A model generated the notes under the pieces. It made no database searches. It was given only the letters and a program-made list of their open reading frames with translations, and was not told where the DNA came from. Below, piece after piece: positions 28,269-38,799 of a DNA stretch of 58,800 bases. Made by a program: the position numbers and the translations under genes. The DNA comes from an uncultured Verrucomicrobiales bacterium (GTDB taxonomy: Bacteria > Verrucomicrobiota > Verrucomicrobiia > Limisphaerales > UBA1100), in assembly GCA_964013675.1 (NCBI GenBank), contig CAXGXE010000003.1:1-58800 (forward strand). Direction: 5' to 3'. Numbering within the stretch: position 1 is the first letter of the stretch; each line of letters opens with the position of its first letter.

Positions 28269-31226
28269 ATGCGCAACACGCTCGTCATCGGTGCTCTGCT
28301 CGGCGGCTGTCTGTCCTCACTGGCGGAGGCGCCGCTGACGCCCAAGCAGCTGGAGTTTTTTGAGAAAAACATCCGGCCCGTGCTGGCCACGCAATGTTAC
28401 TCATGCCACAGCGCCGCCGAGGGTAAGGACAAAGGTGGGCTCACTCTCGATACCCGCGATGCCCTCCGGAAGGGCGGCGACAGCGGCGAAGTCATCATCC
28501 CGGGCGATCCTAAAAATAGTCTGCTAATCAAAGCGATGAAATGGGATCCCAACGAGGGTCTCGAGATGCCGCCTAAGACTAAGCTGGACGAGGCCACGCT
28601 GGCCGATTTCGAGGCTTGGGTAGCCATGGGTGCGCCCGATCCCCGCGAAGGTAAGGCGGCCTCGATCAAGAAAGTGTTTTGGACCCAGGAACAAGTCGAC
28701 AATCACTGGGCCTATCAACCCATCGCCAAGCCCGTGCCGCCCACCGTGAAGGGCGACTGGGCTCGCACTCCGGTCGATCGCTTTATCCAAGCCAAGCACG
28801 AGGCCGCCGGCCTGCAACCGGCCAAGCCCGCCGACAAACGCACGCTCATCCGGCGCGCGTACTATGATCTGATCGGGTTGCCGCCCACCATGGCCGAGGT
28901 GGAGGTGTTTGAGAAAGACGCGGCGCCCAACGCCTTCAACAAGGTGATTAATCAGCTGCTCGAGCGCCCCGAATACGGCGAGCGCTGGGGCCGTTACTGG
29001 TTAGATATAGCGCGATACGCTGATACCAGCGGCGATCGAACTGGAGGCAATCGTCGTAATCCAATTTATCCTTACGCGTGGACTTATCGCGATTACGTCA
29101 TACGCGCTTTCAATGAAGACAAGCCGTTCAACGACTTTATAATCGAACAAATTGCGGCTGATCAGGTCGATATCAATGATCAGCGAGATCTTGCCGCTCT
29201 CGGTTATCTTACCGTCGGCAAGCGTTTTGATAATGACGTTAACGAAATTATTGATGACCGTATTGATGTGGTGAGCAAAGGCTTCATGGGCCTCACGCTC
29301 GCCTGCGCCCGTTGTCATGATCACAAGTTCGACCCTATCCCCACCGCGGACTACTATTCCCTGCACGGTGTATTCGCTAGCTCGCGCGATGCCACGCCAT
29401 TGATTGAGGAGGTGCAAGAGAGTGACCCGCAGTACGTCGCCTACACCACCGCGCGCCAGAACGCCATCGACGGCTCGCGCGAGTACGGCCTTCGTGAGTA
29501 CAACAAGATGCTAACGCGGTTTACTAAGGAATCCGGGAAATACTTGTTTGAAACGCAACGATTCATTGACGGTAAAACCAAAGCCAAACAGGCACCCACC
29601 GCCGCCACCGCTGCCGGGCTAAACGGCACGGCTTTTCAAAGCTGGGTGACCGCCCTGCAGAATGCTAAGCGCCGACCCAATCGTGTGTTTGGCCCTTGGT
29701 TCTTTTTTGCCAAGCTGCCGAACGCTCAGATCGCGGCGCGTACGCCCGCGCAATGGGAGCGGTTGAAGACTCAGAAAACGGTAAACCCGATCCTCGCCAA
29801 GGCCCTCGCCGAGGCGCAGCCTAAGAGCCTGCGCGAGATCGCTGGGGTGTATCAGGAAGTGTTCCTCGACATCGAGAAACGCATGGACGGCCAATATCCC
29901 ACCGCCCACATCGTCACCGCGTTCAACATGGGCTTCCGCTTTCGCACCGCGGCGGATGCCGCGAAAATTAAAGGCATGCCCAAGCCGCTGGTCGAGCCGG
30001 CGGCGGAGGAAATCCGCCGCGTCGCCTTCGGCTACCGCTCCGCGCTAGGCATGGATCCACGCAGTTTTAACCGCCTTGGTGGCAACCGCGTGCGTAACCG
30101 GCAAGTGGCGATGTTTTACCGCACGACCGATTTGGATCTGACTCACCCCGGCTCTCCGGCCAAGGCTATGGCGTTGGAGGATATTCGGGCCCCGCGGGAC
30201 TCGCGCATCTTCATCCGCGGCGAACGCACCAATTTGGGCGACCGTGTGCCCCGCCAGTTTCTCGAACTTATCGAAGGCGAGGATCGCGAGCCGTTTAACG
30301 TAGGCTCCGGCCGGCTGGAGCTCGCGCAATCGATCGCCAGCAAGGACAATCCGCTGACCGCCCGCGTGATGGTGAACCGCGTGTGGCAATGGCATTTCGG
30401 CGAGGGCATCGTGCGCACCCCAAGCGATTTTGGACTGCGTAGTGAGGCCCCGAGCTATCCGGATCTGCTCGACTGGCTGGCGCGTCGGTTCATGGCCGAG
30501 GGCTGGTCCATCAAGCAACTGCACCGGCTGATCATGAACTCCGCCGTGTATCAGCAAAGCGCGACGAACGATCCGGCCTACGGCAAGATCGATCCGAACA
30601 ATGCCCTGCTCTACAAATGGAATTTGCGCCGTCTGGATTTCGAGTCGATGCGCGATACCCTGCTCGTGTTGGGCGACAACCTCGACCCCGCCCAGGGCGG
30701 ACGTCCGGTCCGGCAAGTCGAGACGCCGCGCCGCACGGTGTATGGATACGTGGATCGTACCGCCTTGCCCGACATGTATCAGGTGTTCGACTTTGCCAAC
30801 CCCGACATGAGTACTGCCGAGCGCGTGGAAACTATTGTGCCCCAGCAGGCGTTGTTCCTGATGAATAGCCAAAGCGTACTGCAACAGGCCCGCCGTCTGG
30901 CGGCCCGTTCCGAAGTGGCTCAGGCCGAGCGGGTGGAAGGCAAGGTGCAGGCGTTGTACCAGCTCGTGTTTCAACGGGCCCCTACGCCTAAGGAACTTCA
31001 GTCCGCCGCCGCGTTCGTAAAAAATCAGCCGCCCTTGCCGGCCTACCGTCGGACCCAATACCAGCGGCAGACGCAGGCCGCCCGCGAACGCGCCAAGGCC
31101 TACACGAAACGCTACAACCGCCCCGCGCCCGCGGCCATCTTCAACAACATCCCCATCCCCATGAGTCCAATCGACAAGCTGGCCCAGGTGCTTATGGAAA
31201 CTAACGAATTCCTCTACGTGCAGTAG
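28269..31226 (+). CDS. Planctomycete cytochrome c + DUF1549/DUF1553 protein
   Basis: CYSCH heme motif, YGERWGRYWLD, CARCHDHKFDP, NPLTARVMVNRVWQ, PQQALFLMN. Confidence 0.92.
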   Translation: MRNTLVIGALLGGCLSSLAEAPLTPKQLEFFEKNIRPVLATQCYSCHSAAEGKDKGGLTLDTRDALRKGGDSGEVIIPGDPKNSLLIKAMKWDPNEGLEMPPKTKLDEATLADFEAWVAMGAPDPREGKAASIKKVFWTQEQVDNHWAYQPIAKPVPPTVKGDWARTPVDRFIQAKHEAAGLQPAKPADKRTLIRRAYYDLIGLPPTMAEVEVFEKDAAPNAFNKVINQLLERPEYGERWGRYWLDIARYADTSGDRTGGNRRNPIYPYAWTYRDYVIRAFNEDKPFNDFIIEQIAADQVDINDQRDLAALGYLTVGKRFDNDVNEIIDDRIDVVSKGFMGLTLACARCHDHKFDPIPTADYYSLHGVFASSRDATPLIEEVQESDPQYVAYTTARQNAIDGSREYGLREYNKMLTRFTKESGKYLFETQRFIDGKTKAKQAPTAATAAGLNGTAFQSWVTALQNAKRRPNRVFGPWFFFAKLPNAQIAARTPAQWERLKTQKTVNPILAKALAEAQPKSLREIAGVYQEVFLDIEKRMDGQYPTAHIVTAFNMGFRFRTAADAAKIKGMPKPLVEPAAEEIRRVAFGYRSALGMDPRSFNRLGGNRVRNRQVAMFYRTTDLDLTHPGSPAKAMALEDIRAPRDSRIFIRGERTNLGDRVPRQFLELIEGEDREPFNVGSGRLELAQSIASKDNPLTARVMVNRVWQWHFGEGIVRTPSDFGLRSEAPSYPDLLDWLARRFMAEGWSIKQLHRLIMNSAVYQQSATNDPAYGKIDPNNALLYKWNLRRLDFESMRDTLLVLGDNLDPAQGGRPVRQVETPRRTVYGYVDRTALPDMYQVFDFANPDMSTAERVETIVPQQALFLMNSQSVLQQARRLAARSEVAQAERVEGKVQALYQLVFQRAPTPKELQSAAAFVKNQPPLPAYRRTQYQRQTQAARERAKAYTKRYNRPAPAAIFNNIPIPMSPIDKLAQVLMETNEFLYVQ

Positions 31227-31248
31227 GGTTTTGTGGTAAGTTAATTTC

Positions 31249-31419
31249 ATGAACGACGACCCCAAAACGGAATCGAGTAAGGAATCCCCGCAAGCGACTG
31301 ATTCCGGTGCGCCGACACAGTCGGATAAGACAGAAACGTTGGAGCCTTCGGCAGAGGATCAAATGGCGGCGTACGAGGATGACTTGAAAAACACGGACTG
31401 GGGGCATCAACCCTGTTGA
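31249..31419 (+). CDS. Small acidic protein ending DWGHQPC (56 aa; not in ORF track)
   Basis: MNDDPKTESS...EDQMAAYEDDLKNTDWGHQPC; TAAGTT 6 nt before ATG; followed by terminator. Confidence 0.65.
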   Translation: MNDDPKTESSKESPQATDSGAPTQSDKTETLEPSAEDQMAAYEDDLKNTDWGHQPC

Positions 31420-31440
31420 ATCAGAGGCCGACTCAAAAGA

Positions 31441-31468
31441 AAAAGGCGGGCCAAACAGCCCGCCTTTC
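31441..31468. terminator. Bidirectional terminator
   Basis: AAAAGGCGGGC-CAAACA-GCCCGCCTTT between convergent genes. Confidence 0.7.
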
Positions 31469-31486
31469 TTGTTACCAGAATTCGGT

Positions 31487-33223
31487 TTAATGCAGCTCGG
31501 AGGCCTTGGCCTTCACGAGGGCGTGCATCTTGGCCAGTGTGCCAGCCAGAGAATTGGATTGGTGCTGGCCGAACACTACTGCGCCGGCCGGGGAAACACC
31601 CGTGATGACGTGGCAATATCGGTTGTTGGCCATAATGCCTAACAATTCGCCAGTTTGACTGAAGACCAGATCGCCCTGAGAAGGGCTGAAGTCACCCATA
31701 ATTGAGCGCACCAGACTTTTGTCGAATTTCACATACTCACGGTTGCGCGGATCCATCCGGAAGACCACTTCGCCGAAGCTCCGGCCATCGCGCTTCATAA
31801 TAAATGCTTTGGGAAACTTAAACGGCTTGGCGGCCAGCTTGTAAGGTTTCACACCCAGTGCTTTGACCTGCGGGGAATCCGGCGGTCCCACTGGGGCAAT
31901 CACGATGCGTGGATCGCTCCTTAAAAAACGTACGTGGTGAAGAGGTTGTGCTCCCGTATTGGGGCCGGAAAGCGAGGCGGCTGATTCGCGCCAGCCCAGT
32001 GCATTAGCCGCCAATCTATAGGGTGTTTCACGGACGTGGGTAATGGCGTGGATGTACGGGCTGCTTTTGCGCGTGGCCGGGTCGTATTCCAACACCTCGA
32101 TGAGGATGGTGTTACTTTCCTTTTTGGGCTTGGAAAGCGTCCGGGCGGCGGTGGTCAGGAGATTTACCCGGTTTTGCGAATACAACGTCGCCATCATGTT
32201 AGCGTTGATGGGTTGATCGGGAATCTTCTTAGCAATCTCATCGCGCAACTGTTGGGCTGCTTTTTGGGCAATTACCTTATCCTGTTTTTCATTGATGACC
32301 GCCTTGGTGAGTTCCTGTTTCTCGGCACTGGTGGCGGCCAAGGCCTGTTCCACTTGCGCCTTGGCTTTCGTGGTGGCGACCACTTGGGCTTGTGCTGTCT
32401 CAACGCGTTTCAAAGCGGTATTGGCTATCGTGTTGGCTGCTTGAATTCGTTTCTCAGCCATGGATTCTACCTTTGCGATTTGTGCCTGAGCGTTGCTCTT
32501 GGCTGCCTGAGCTTCGGCATTGGCTGTGGCTGCGCGGGTGTTGGCAGCAGCGGCAACCTGCTGGGCCGCCCTGGCTTCAGTCTTGGCGGCGGTGGCGGCT
32601 TGTTTTTCCCGCTCGGCAATGGCCTCAGCTGCCCGGAGTTCAGCGGAAAGGTCGCTGACCTTGGCTTTCTCATCATTTAGCTGTTTAACGCTGTTGTTGA
32701 GATCTAATTTGAGGTCGCCCATGCTGGCGGTTAGCTGAGAGATTCTATTGGTTAGGTCTTTGTTGTTGTTGGCGAGCTCCTCCCGCTCTTGTTTGGCTTC
32801 GGCCGCGCGTTCCTGTTGTTTTTCAAATTCCTTTAAGATAGCCAGTCGCTGAGCTTCCGTGGTGTCGCGGCCTTTCTCAGCATCTTCACGGCGCTTTCTT
32901 TCCTCTTCGGTTTCGCCCTCTGCTCTTTCCGCTCGTCGGGTTTGTTTGGCTATTTCATCGCCCATTTCCTCCTGGGTGGAGGTGAGGGCGTTGCGCAGGG
33001 CTGCGACAGACGCCATTTGGTTTTTGAGATCTTCTTCGCGTTCCTTGATGCGAACGGCAGCCAGTTCGAGGTCTCGTGTTGGATCGCCCATAACACCGGC
33101 TTTATCGGCGCCGCCCTGAGCGCGGGTTGATTCGCTTTCCTTGTCCAGCTTATCCCACGCGGTGAAGTGGATGAGATTCAGCAACAGGAAGTCGCACAGG
33201 ATGAGCAGCAGTGTCTTATTCAT
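31487..33223 (-). CDS. Membrane-anchored coiled-coil protein with C-terminal globular domain
   Basis: N-terminal TM with Asp (LLILCDFLLL), long A/E/K/Q-rich coiled coil. Confidence 0.75.
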   Translation of the reverse strand: MNKTLLLILCDFLLLNLIHFTAWDKLDKESESTRAQGGADKAGVMGDPTRDLELAAVRIKEREEDLKNQMASVAALRNALTSTQEEMGDEIAKQTRRAERAEGETEEERKRREDAEKGRDTTEAQRLAILKEFEKQQERAAEAKQEREELANNNKDLTNRISQLTASMGDLKLDLNNSVKQLNDEKAKVSDLSAELRAAEAIAEREKQAATAAKTEARAAQQVAAAANTRAATANAEAQAAKSNAQAQIAKVESMAEKRIQAANTIANTALKRVETAQAQVVATTKAKAQVEQALAATSAEKQELTKAVINEKQDKVIAQKAAQQLRDEIAKKIPDQPINANMMATLYSQNRVNLLTTAARTLSKPKKESNTILIEVLEYDPATRKSSPYIHAITHVRETPYRLAANALGWRESAASLSGPNTGAQPLHHVRFLRSDPRIVIAPVGPPDSPQVKALGVKPYKLAAKPFKFPKAFIMKRDGRSFGEVVFRMDPRNREYVKFDKSLVRSIMGDFSPSQGDLVFSQTGELLGIMANNRYCHVITGVSPAGAVVFGQHQSNSLAGTLAKMHALVKAKASELH

Positions 33224-33263
33224 GGCTGTTGGACTGGTTTGACGGTTGGGATACTCTGTTGCT

Positions 33264-35174
33264 TCAGGCTTGTTCTTGGGCCTCAATCAACAGGGACTCA
33301 CGGGCGGGGCGCACGTGCGTGATCTTGACTAGGGCCACACACAGGATACCAAAGATGTTTGAGGCATAGGCTACGGAAATGCTGATATTCCAGGCGGGCA
33401 TGAGGATCATGACAGCCAGTGTGAGCGCGGTGCCGGCAATGCCGATGTACAGGCCCATGTCGAAGAGGTTATCTTCGTTTTCGAGCAGGCGCAGTTTGAG
33501 GTTGGGGTCGCCTTCACCGCGGCGAATTTCACGGATCTTGTTCACGCAGGTCTGGAAAACGAAGACCTGAATGGCTCCGAAGAGCACAAAGATGACGGCG
33601 CTGAGGATGATATTGGTTTCCATGTCGGTTTTGTTATTTGTTTCGTTAGTGTCGGAGGGTTCTGGATTGAGTTCGCCCAGTTCGGGCACGTTCACGGCTA
33701 CCTGATATTCGGAGCTGTGAACGGGTTGAAAAAAGGCGGGTTCACTGATTATGATCAGAGTGAGGCACAGTGCGGCGGTCAAGGCGCGGCGGCGAAGTCG
33801 GTAGCTATGGAGGGTTTCGTGGTCGGCGGCGGAAAGGATGAAGTAGCTGTTCCATGCGCGCATGAGGACAAAGCAGCCGAGGGCCATTAGAATGTATTTA
33901 ACTGTGAGAGCAAGTGCTGGGCGCTTGAAAGCAAACTGAGCGACGGCACCGGGCGCGGGGGTGTTCCAGGAAGAAAGGGGCAGTTGTTTATCCAGCAGTT
34001 CGGTGAGGGCTCCATGGCCATTGCCGAGGGCGGCTTGAAGCCAATCATCGCCGGGTCGCCCGTAGGTCATGAGGTATTGAACTACTCGGTCAGGATCGTC
34101 GGACCAGAGTATGGCGGCGTAAACGGCTGGAAATTCAGTGTATTGCAGAGGTATGAAGCCGATCTCTCGCCATTCATCCCGGCTGATTTTGCCATCGGCC
34201 CCGGAGTATTGGTTGAAGAGAATGTTCCGGCCGAGGGGGGACTTGTTTTGAAGATGATCAACGGTGAGGTAGTCGCCAAGGTTGTCGTAATGTGCAAATT
34301 CTTGATCGACGATGTTCAGCTTTTCAAAGTCGATGGTTTTCCATTCTTCAGGATCGATACGCTGATCTGCGCCGGCAATGCGGGTGAAATGATTGGTGGA
34401 AACGAGTGCTGTGCCACCCAGTTCATCGCGGCTAATCAACCCATCCGCCTTGCTGAAGGTATCGAACGGATAGACAATGGTTTGCAGCTTGGCGATTTTG
34501 GAGAGCTGCATGAAAGTACGTGCTGACGAGACGCGCTCGGTCAATTCTGCCAGCTGATAAAAGCCGAGGCGCAATCCGAGAGTGGTCACGCTATGCATCA
34601 CCTGTTCGAGTTGGTTGGTTTGCTTGGTGGTTTGCAGATGGAGCAGCTCGGCGCGAAGTTTACTGTGCAGTTTGCGGCGACTCTCGAGAAAGCCAAGCAG
34701 GGTGATTTGAGCTTCGTAATCCGGGGTGGCAGTCTTGAGGTTGAGCAACTCCCGCGAGACAGTGCCACTGCTCAGGAGCTTCTGTTGGGATTCTGCGCGC
34801 GTCTGGGGGTTGATCGTGTAATCGATGGCGTTGGCGCCGCTGGTGAGCTTGTTTTGGAGGGGATCGTCTGGGTTGTAGTTATCCTCCAACTGACGTTTTG
34901 CAATAAAAAGCAAGCTAGCTACTTCGGAGGCGCCAGTTAGGGAATTGGTGTGATAGGCACTGTGAAGTTCGCTGATGGTTTGGGGTATGGCGCCTTTCGC
35001 TGAGTCATCCGAAACCTTGCCGGCATGAGCCAGAACACGAGGATGCAGGGTTTTGTACTGGACCGGAAAGAGCCAGCCGCCGACCAGAAGAATGGCTGCG
35101 AGCACGCCATGCACGATCAGGTGCTGAATCAAAAACGGTTTTTCCGGTTTATCCTGCAATTTGATATCCCCCAA
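33264..35174 (-). CDS. Multi-pass membrane protein with EF-hand-like motifs and MotA/ExbB-like C-terminal helices
   Basis: DGLISRDEL, DQRIDPEEW, DGKISRDEW; C-terminal GLYIGIAGT...AYASNIFGI. Confidence 0.6.
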   Translation of the reverse strand: MGDIKLQDKPEKPFLIQHLIVHGVLAAILLVGGWLFPVQYKTLHPRVLAHAGKVSDDSAKGAIPQTISELHSAYHTNSLTGASEVASLLFIAKRQLEDNYNPDDPLQNKLTSGANAIDYTINPQTRAESQQKLLSSGTVSRELLNLKTATPDYEAQITLLGFLESRRKLHSKLRAELLHLQTTKQTNQLEQVMHSVTTLGLRLGFYQLAELTERVSSARTFMQLSKIAKLQTIVYPFDTFSKADGLISRDELGGTALVSTNHFTRIAGADQRIDPEEWKTIDFEKLNIVDQEFAHYDNLGDYLTVDHLQNKSPLGRNILFNQYSGADGKISRDEWREIGFIPLQYTEFPAVYAAILWSDDPDRVVQYLMTYGRPGDDWLQAALGNGHGALTELLDKQLPLSSWNTPAPGAVAQFAFKRPALALTVKYILMALGCFVLMRAWNSYFILSAADHETLHSYRLRRRALTAALCLTLIIISEPAFFQPVHSSEYQVAVNVPELGELNPEPSDTNETNNKTDMETNIILSAVIFVLFGAIQVFVFQTCVNKIREIRRGEGDPNLKLRLLENEDNLFDMGLYIGIAGTALTLAVMILMPAWNISISVAYASNIFGILCVALVKITHVRPARESLLIEAQEQA

Positions 35175-35588
35175 TGGCTATAGCCAGCCCCCTTGGCGTC
35201 GCTAAAATGGACGCAACATTCGGACGCGATCTTCACCCCCATTACGCCCGACACATTTATCCACAAAATCGCCCAAAAGCCAAGCATGGGCTGGAGATTT
35301 CACCAGTTTTTTGATTGGCCGACCGACCATCATGGCCCTGAAAAAGTTTTTCTGAATAAACGGATCAAGCTGGCGTCCATCTGTGCCCGGTTTTCCGGGT
35401 ATGTGTGGTAAAGTGGTTTTGGCCACGGGAATAAGGGATTCCAGTACCGCCGGATACACCAGTATCCCCGAAAGACACAGGTGCCCGTTCATGGATGGGT
35501 ATGCTTTCTGTTAGGTCCGGCTTTACCCAGTTATTTCAGACTCAGGGCCATCTTGCGGCATCAAGAATCCTCCGCTACCCTCCGGCCC

Positions 35589-36578
35589 ATGCAGACACGT
35601 AGGCTCGGTAAAACAGATCTCAATTTAACACCCGTGGGGTTAGGCACTTGGGCTATTGGTGGTGATGACTGGGGCATGGGATGGGGCCCGCAGGATGAGG
35701 CCGACTCCATCGCGGCCATCCTCGAGGCGCTGGAGGCCGGTATCAATTGGATCGATACTGCACACGCGTATGGCTTCGGCTTGTCCGAGGAGGTTGTTGG
35801 CAAAGCCGTCCAAGAATGGGGCCAGCCGGTGACGGTGGCCACCAAGTGCGGCGTATTGCCCAACGAGGATCGCACGCCTAGGCGGTTTACCTCCCGCGCC
35901 ACCATTTTGGAGGAAGTGGAAGGCTCGCTCAAACGTCTACAGACTGAATGCATTGATCTCTATCAGCTGCACTGGCCCGAGCCTGATGAAGGCGTGGAGG
36001 AGTCTTGGCAGACGCTGCTCGATCTTCAGCAACAGGGCAAAATCAAGTGGGCCGGGGTTAGTAATTACTCCACCGCCCAGCTTCAGCGCGCTACTGCGCT
36101 CGGTCCTGTTTCCTCATTGCAACCCCGCTACAGCCTGCTCAATCGTCAGATCGAGGAGGAAGGCCAGATTGACTGGTGCGATGCCAACAACTGCGGCATC
36201 GTTTGCTACAGCCCGATGGAGAGTGGGCTGCTTACTGGCAAGGTGACCGAGGAATGGATCACCAATCTACCGGATACCGACTGGCGCAAGCACAAGCCGG
36301 ATCATCCCGTGAGTGCCCTGCTCCACCCGCCCCGGAAGGAACCGTTTCTTAAGCTGGTGGCCAAGCTGGGAGAGATCGCCGCGGGCAGCGACCACACCGT
36401 CGGCCAGCTTGCTGTGGCTTGGACTTTGCGCCGACCGGAAGTCACCAGTGCCATTGTCGGCGCACGGCGTCCTGGTCAGATCGCCGAGACCGTGAAGGCC
36501 GGTTCCTGGACACTGAGCGACGAGGAACTCACCGCCGTCGAATCGGCGCACACGGAATTTCTGGCGGCAACGGCCTGA
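35589..36578 (+). CDS. Aldo/keto reductase
   Basis: GLGTW, IDTAHAYG, ATKCG, IDLYQLHWP, GVSNY, YSPMESGLLTGK. Confidence 0.93.
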   Translation: MQTRRLGKTDLNLTPVGLGTWAIGGDDWGMGWGPQDEADSIAAILEALEAGINWIDTAHAYGFGLSEEVVGKAVQEWGQPVTVATKCGVLPNEDRTPRRFTSRATILEEVEGSLKRLQTECIDLYQLHWPEPDEGVEESWQTLLDLQQQGKIKWAGVSNYSTAQLQRATALGPVSSLQPRYSLLNRQIEEEGQIDWCDANNCGIVCYSPMESGLLTGKVTEEWITNLPDTDWRKHKPDHPVSALLHPPRKEPFLKLVAKLGEIAAGSDHTVGQLAVAWTLRRPEVTSAIVGARRPGQIAETVKAGSWTLSDEELTAVESAHTEFLAATA

Positions 36579-36587
36579 CCTGCTCCA

Positions 36588-37739
36588 ATGCCCAAGGCCG
36601 ACACTGCTCTGGATCCGGCTGCGTTGCTCGACAAGGCGCAGCGGCAGACGGGTCTGTCCGACTTTGGCGGTAAAACTTTTCACGAACCATTCGAGATTCT
36701 TCTGCAATCCCTGCGGGACGAGGCGAAGCTCAACGCGCGTGGGGTATTCATGATGCATCGTACGATGCTACGGTTGCTCTCCAATCGGCTGCGCACCGAG
36801 CAGGCTTTTGCGGATAACCCGGCACTCGCCGAGACGCCGATTCCTCGGCCGCTGTACGTCATTGGATTCCCCCGCACGGGCACAACTCTGTTGCACAATC
36901 TGCTCGCATGCGATCCGGCGGCGCGTTGGATGCGCCTATGGGAAGGCCTCTATCCGGCCCCTCCCCCACAATCGCTGGAGGATGATCCTCGTATTACCGA
37001 GGTGGAGGAATGGGCGGCCGGTTTCGAAAAGGTCGCCCCGCAGCTGGCAGCTGCCCACAAGCTGGTCCCGCGCGGGCCGGAGGAATGTCTCTGGCTCATC
37101 GAGCATACCTTTAACGATCTCATTTTTGAACTCCGCGCCCATGTGCCCACCTACTCGCGCTGGCTGGCTGAGCACGAGGCGGATGTCGACATTCATCATT
37201 ATTACCGCCGCCAACTCCAACTGCTTGGAGCCCATTGCCAAGGCAATCATTGGGTGTTCAAGGCGCCGCGGCATCTGCCCGGGTTGGCCGGATTACTCGC
37301 CGTCTTCCCCGAGGCGCGCATCGTGCAAACCCATCGCGATCCCGTCGCCGTGTTGCCCTCGCTCTGCAGTCTGTGCGAGATCCTGCGCGGCGCGGCCAGT
37401 GATGCCGTGGACAAACCCGCCATCGGCGCCCATTGGCACGCGCGCTTGAAGGCCATTTTTGAAAAGGCCACGGCCGTGCGTGCCACGGCGGCGGAAGGCC
37501 AGATTCTCGATATCCAATACGCCGATCTCGTGGCGGATCCCATCGCCACCGTGCAGCACATCTACGCGCATCACGGGTATGAATTCACCGAACCCTTCGA
37601 GGCCGCCATGCGCCAATGGCTCGCCGCCAATCGCCAACATAAACATGGCGCGCATCGATATACGCTGGAGGAATACGGCCTGAGCGAGGCGCAAGTGCGC
37701 GAAGATTTCAGCGATTATGCGAAGGAGTTCGGACCGTAG
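36588..37739 (+). CDS. Sulfotransferase family protein
   Basis: IGFPRTGTTLLHNLL PAPS-binding loop, KAPRH, THRDP. Confidence 0.9.
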   Translation: MPKADTALDPAALLDKAQRQTGLSDFGGKTFHEPFEILLQSLRDEAKLNARGVFMMHRTMLRLLSNRLRTEQAFADNPALAETPIPRPLYVIGFPRTGTTLLHNLLACDPAARWMRLWEGLYPAPPPQSLEDDPRITEVEEWAAGFEKVAPQLAAAHKLVPRGPEECLWLIEHTFNDLIFELRAHVPTYSRWLAEHEADVDIHHYYRRQLQLLGAHCQGNHWVFKAPRHLPGLAGLLAVFPEARIVQTHRDPVAVLPSLCSLCEILRGAASDAVDKPAIGAHWHARLKAIFEKATAVRATAAEGQILDIQYADLVADPIATVQHIYAHHGYEFTEPFEAAMRQWLAANRQHKHGAHRYTLEEYGLSEAQVREDFSDYAKEFGP

Positions 37740-37740
37740 C

Positions 37741-38799
37741 ATGAACGACCTGCAACAAGCTTGGGCTAAGTGGAACGACGCGCTCGCGGAAGCGGCGACG
37801 AAGGTTGAGACGTTGACCGAAGGTCGACCGACTTCGGAGCGCGCCGAAGGATATCGTTTTCTAACACGCATCACGGCGGCGATGACGGAGTTCCAAATGG
37901 AACAAACGGCCGATTGGCCGAGCCTCGTGCAGGTGATGTCGCCCGCGCGTAAGTTCTACGTGGACAACCCCGACACACTCTACCACCGCGCCACACTGGA
38001 TCCACGCCTCGGCTATCGCGTACGGGGCCGGCGCGGGGATGAGTTGTATTTGTCGTTTTGTGTGTACGGCCTTCGCGGCCGCCGCAACGCCATCCTCGCC
38101 AATGCCTGCGATGACGAATTGCAGTTCGCAGAGGACGGCACCTTCGAGCTGGTGCTATCCGCCGAACGACCGGCGGGCGCGGTTAATTGGCTGCCGTTGG
38201 ACGGCAATGCCCGCACGTTGGTGACGCGGCAATATTTTGCCGACTGCACTCAGCGCCCCGCGGAGTTGCAAATCGAAACGCTCGAATCGCAACCGGCATT
38301 AAAAGCTCCAGACGAAAAACAAATCGCCCGACGCATTCGCGGTCTGGCTGAATCGGTGACGCGCACCTTGGCTGCCACCGAGGCGGCGTCCGAGCTGTGG
38401 CTCCAGCGCCCGAATGAAGTGAGCGTGGACAGCATGGCCGATGACTGGGCCAGCCTGTTTGCCACGCCGGACAACGATTATGTGGGCGGCTGGTACGCGC
38501 TGGCCGAGAACGAGGCTCTGGTGATGGAAGGCCGCGCGCCGGCGTGCCGTTACTGGAGCGTGCAGTTGTGTAGCCGTTGGCTGGAGAGTCGCGATTATGT
38601 TAGCCGCCGGGTGATCCTGAATCATTCGCAGGTGCCACTCCAGTCCGACGGCTCCTTCCGCATTGCCATCGCCCATCGCGATCCGGGTCTGCCGCATTGG
38701 CTCGACACCGCCGGTCATCCAGAAGGCGGCGCAATCTTTCGCTGGCTGTTGCCCGAGGGCGACTGGGAGCGGCCGACGTTCCGCGTGATCAAGATTTGA
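37741..38799 (+). CDS. DUF1214-like domain protein
   Basis: [43 protein letters not shown]. Confidence 0.8.
   Translation: MNDLQQAWAKWNDALAEAATKVETLTEGRPTSERAEGYRFLTRITAAMTEFQMEQTADWPSLVQVMSPARKFYVDNPDTLYHRATLDPRLGYRVRGRRGDELYLSFCVYGLRGRRNAILANACDDELQFAEDGTFELVLSAERPAGAVNWLPLDGNARTLVTRQYFADCTQRPAELQIETLESQPALKAPDEKQIARRIRGLAESVTRTLAATEAASELWLQRPNEVSVDSMADDWASLFATPDNDYVGGWYALAENEALVMEGRAPACRYWSVQLCSRWLESRDYVSRRVILNHSQVPLQSDGSFRIAIAHRDPGLPHWLDTAGHPEGGAIFRWLLPEGDWERPTFRVIKI

Noticed and set aside
20036-31265. Long antisense ORFs (20036-21049, 27347-28390, 30045-31265)
   Set aside because: Shadows of GC3-rich genes on the opposite strand with no recognisable motifs
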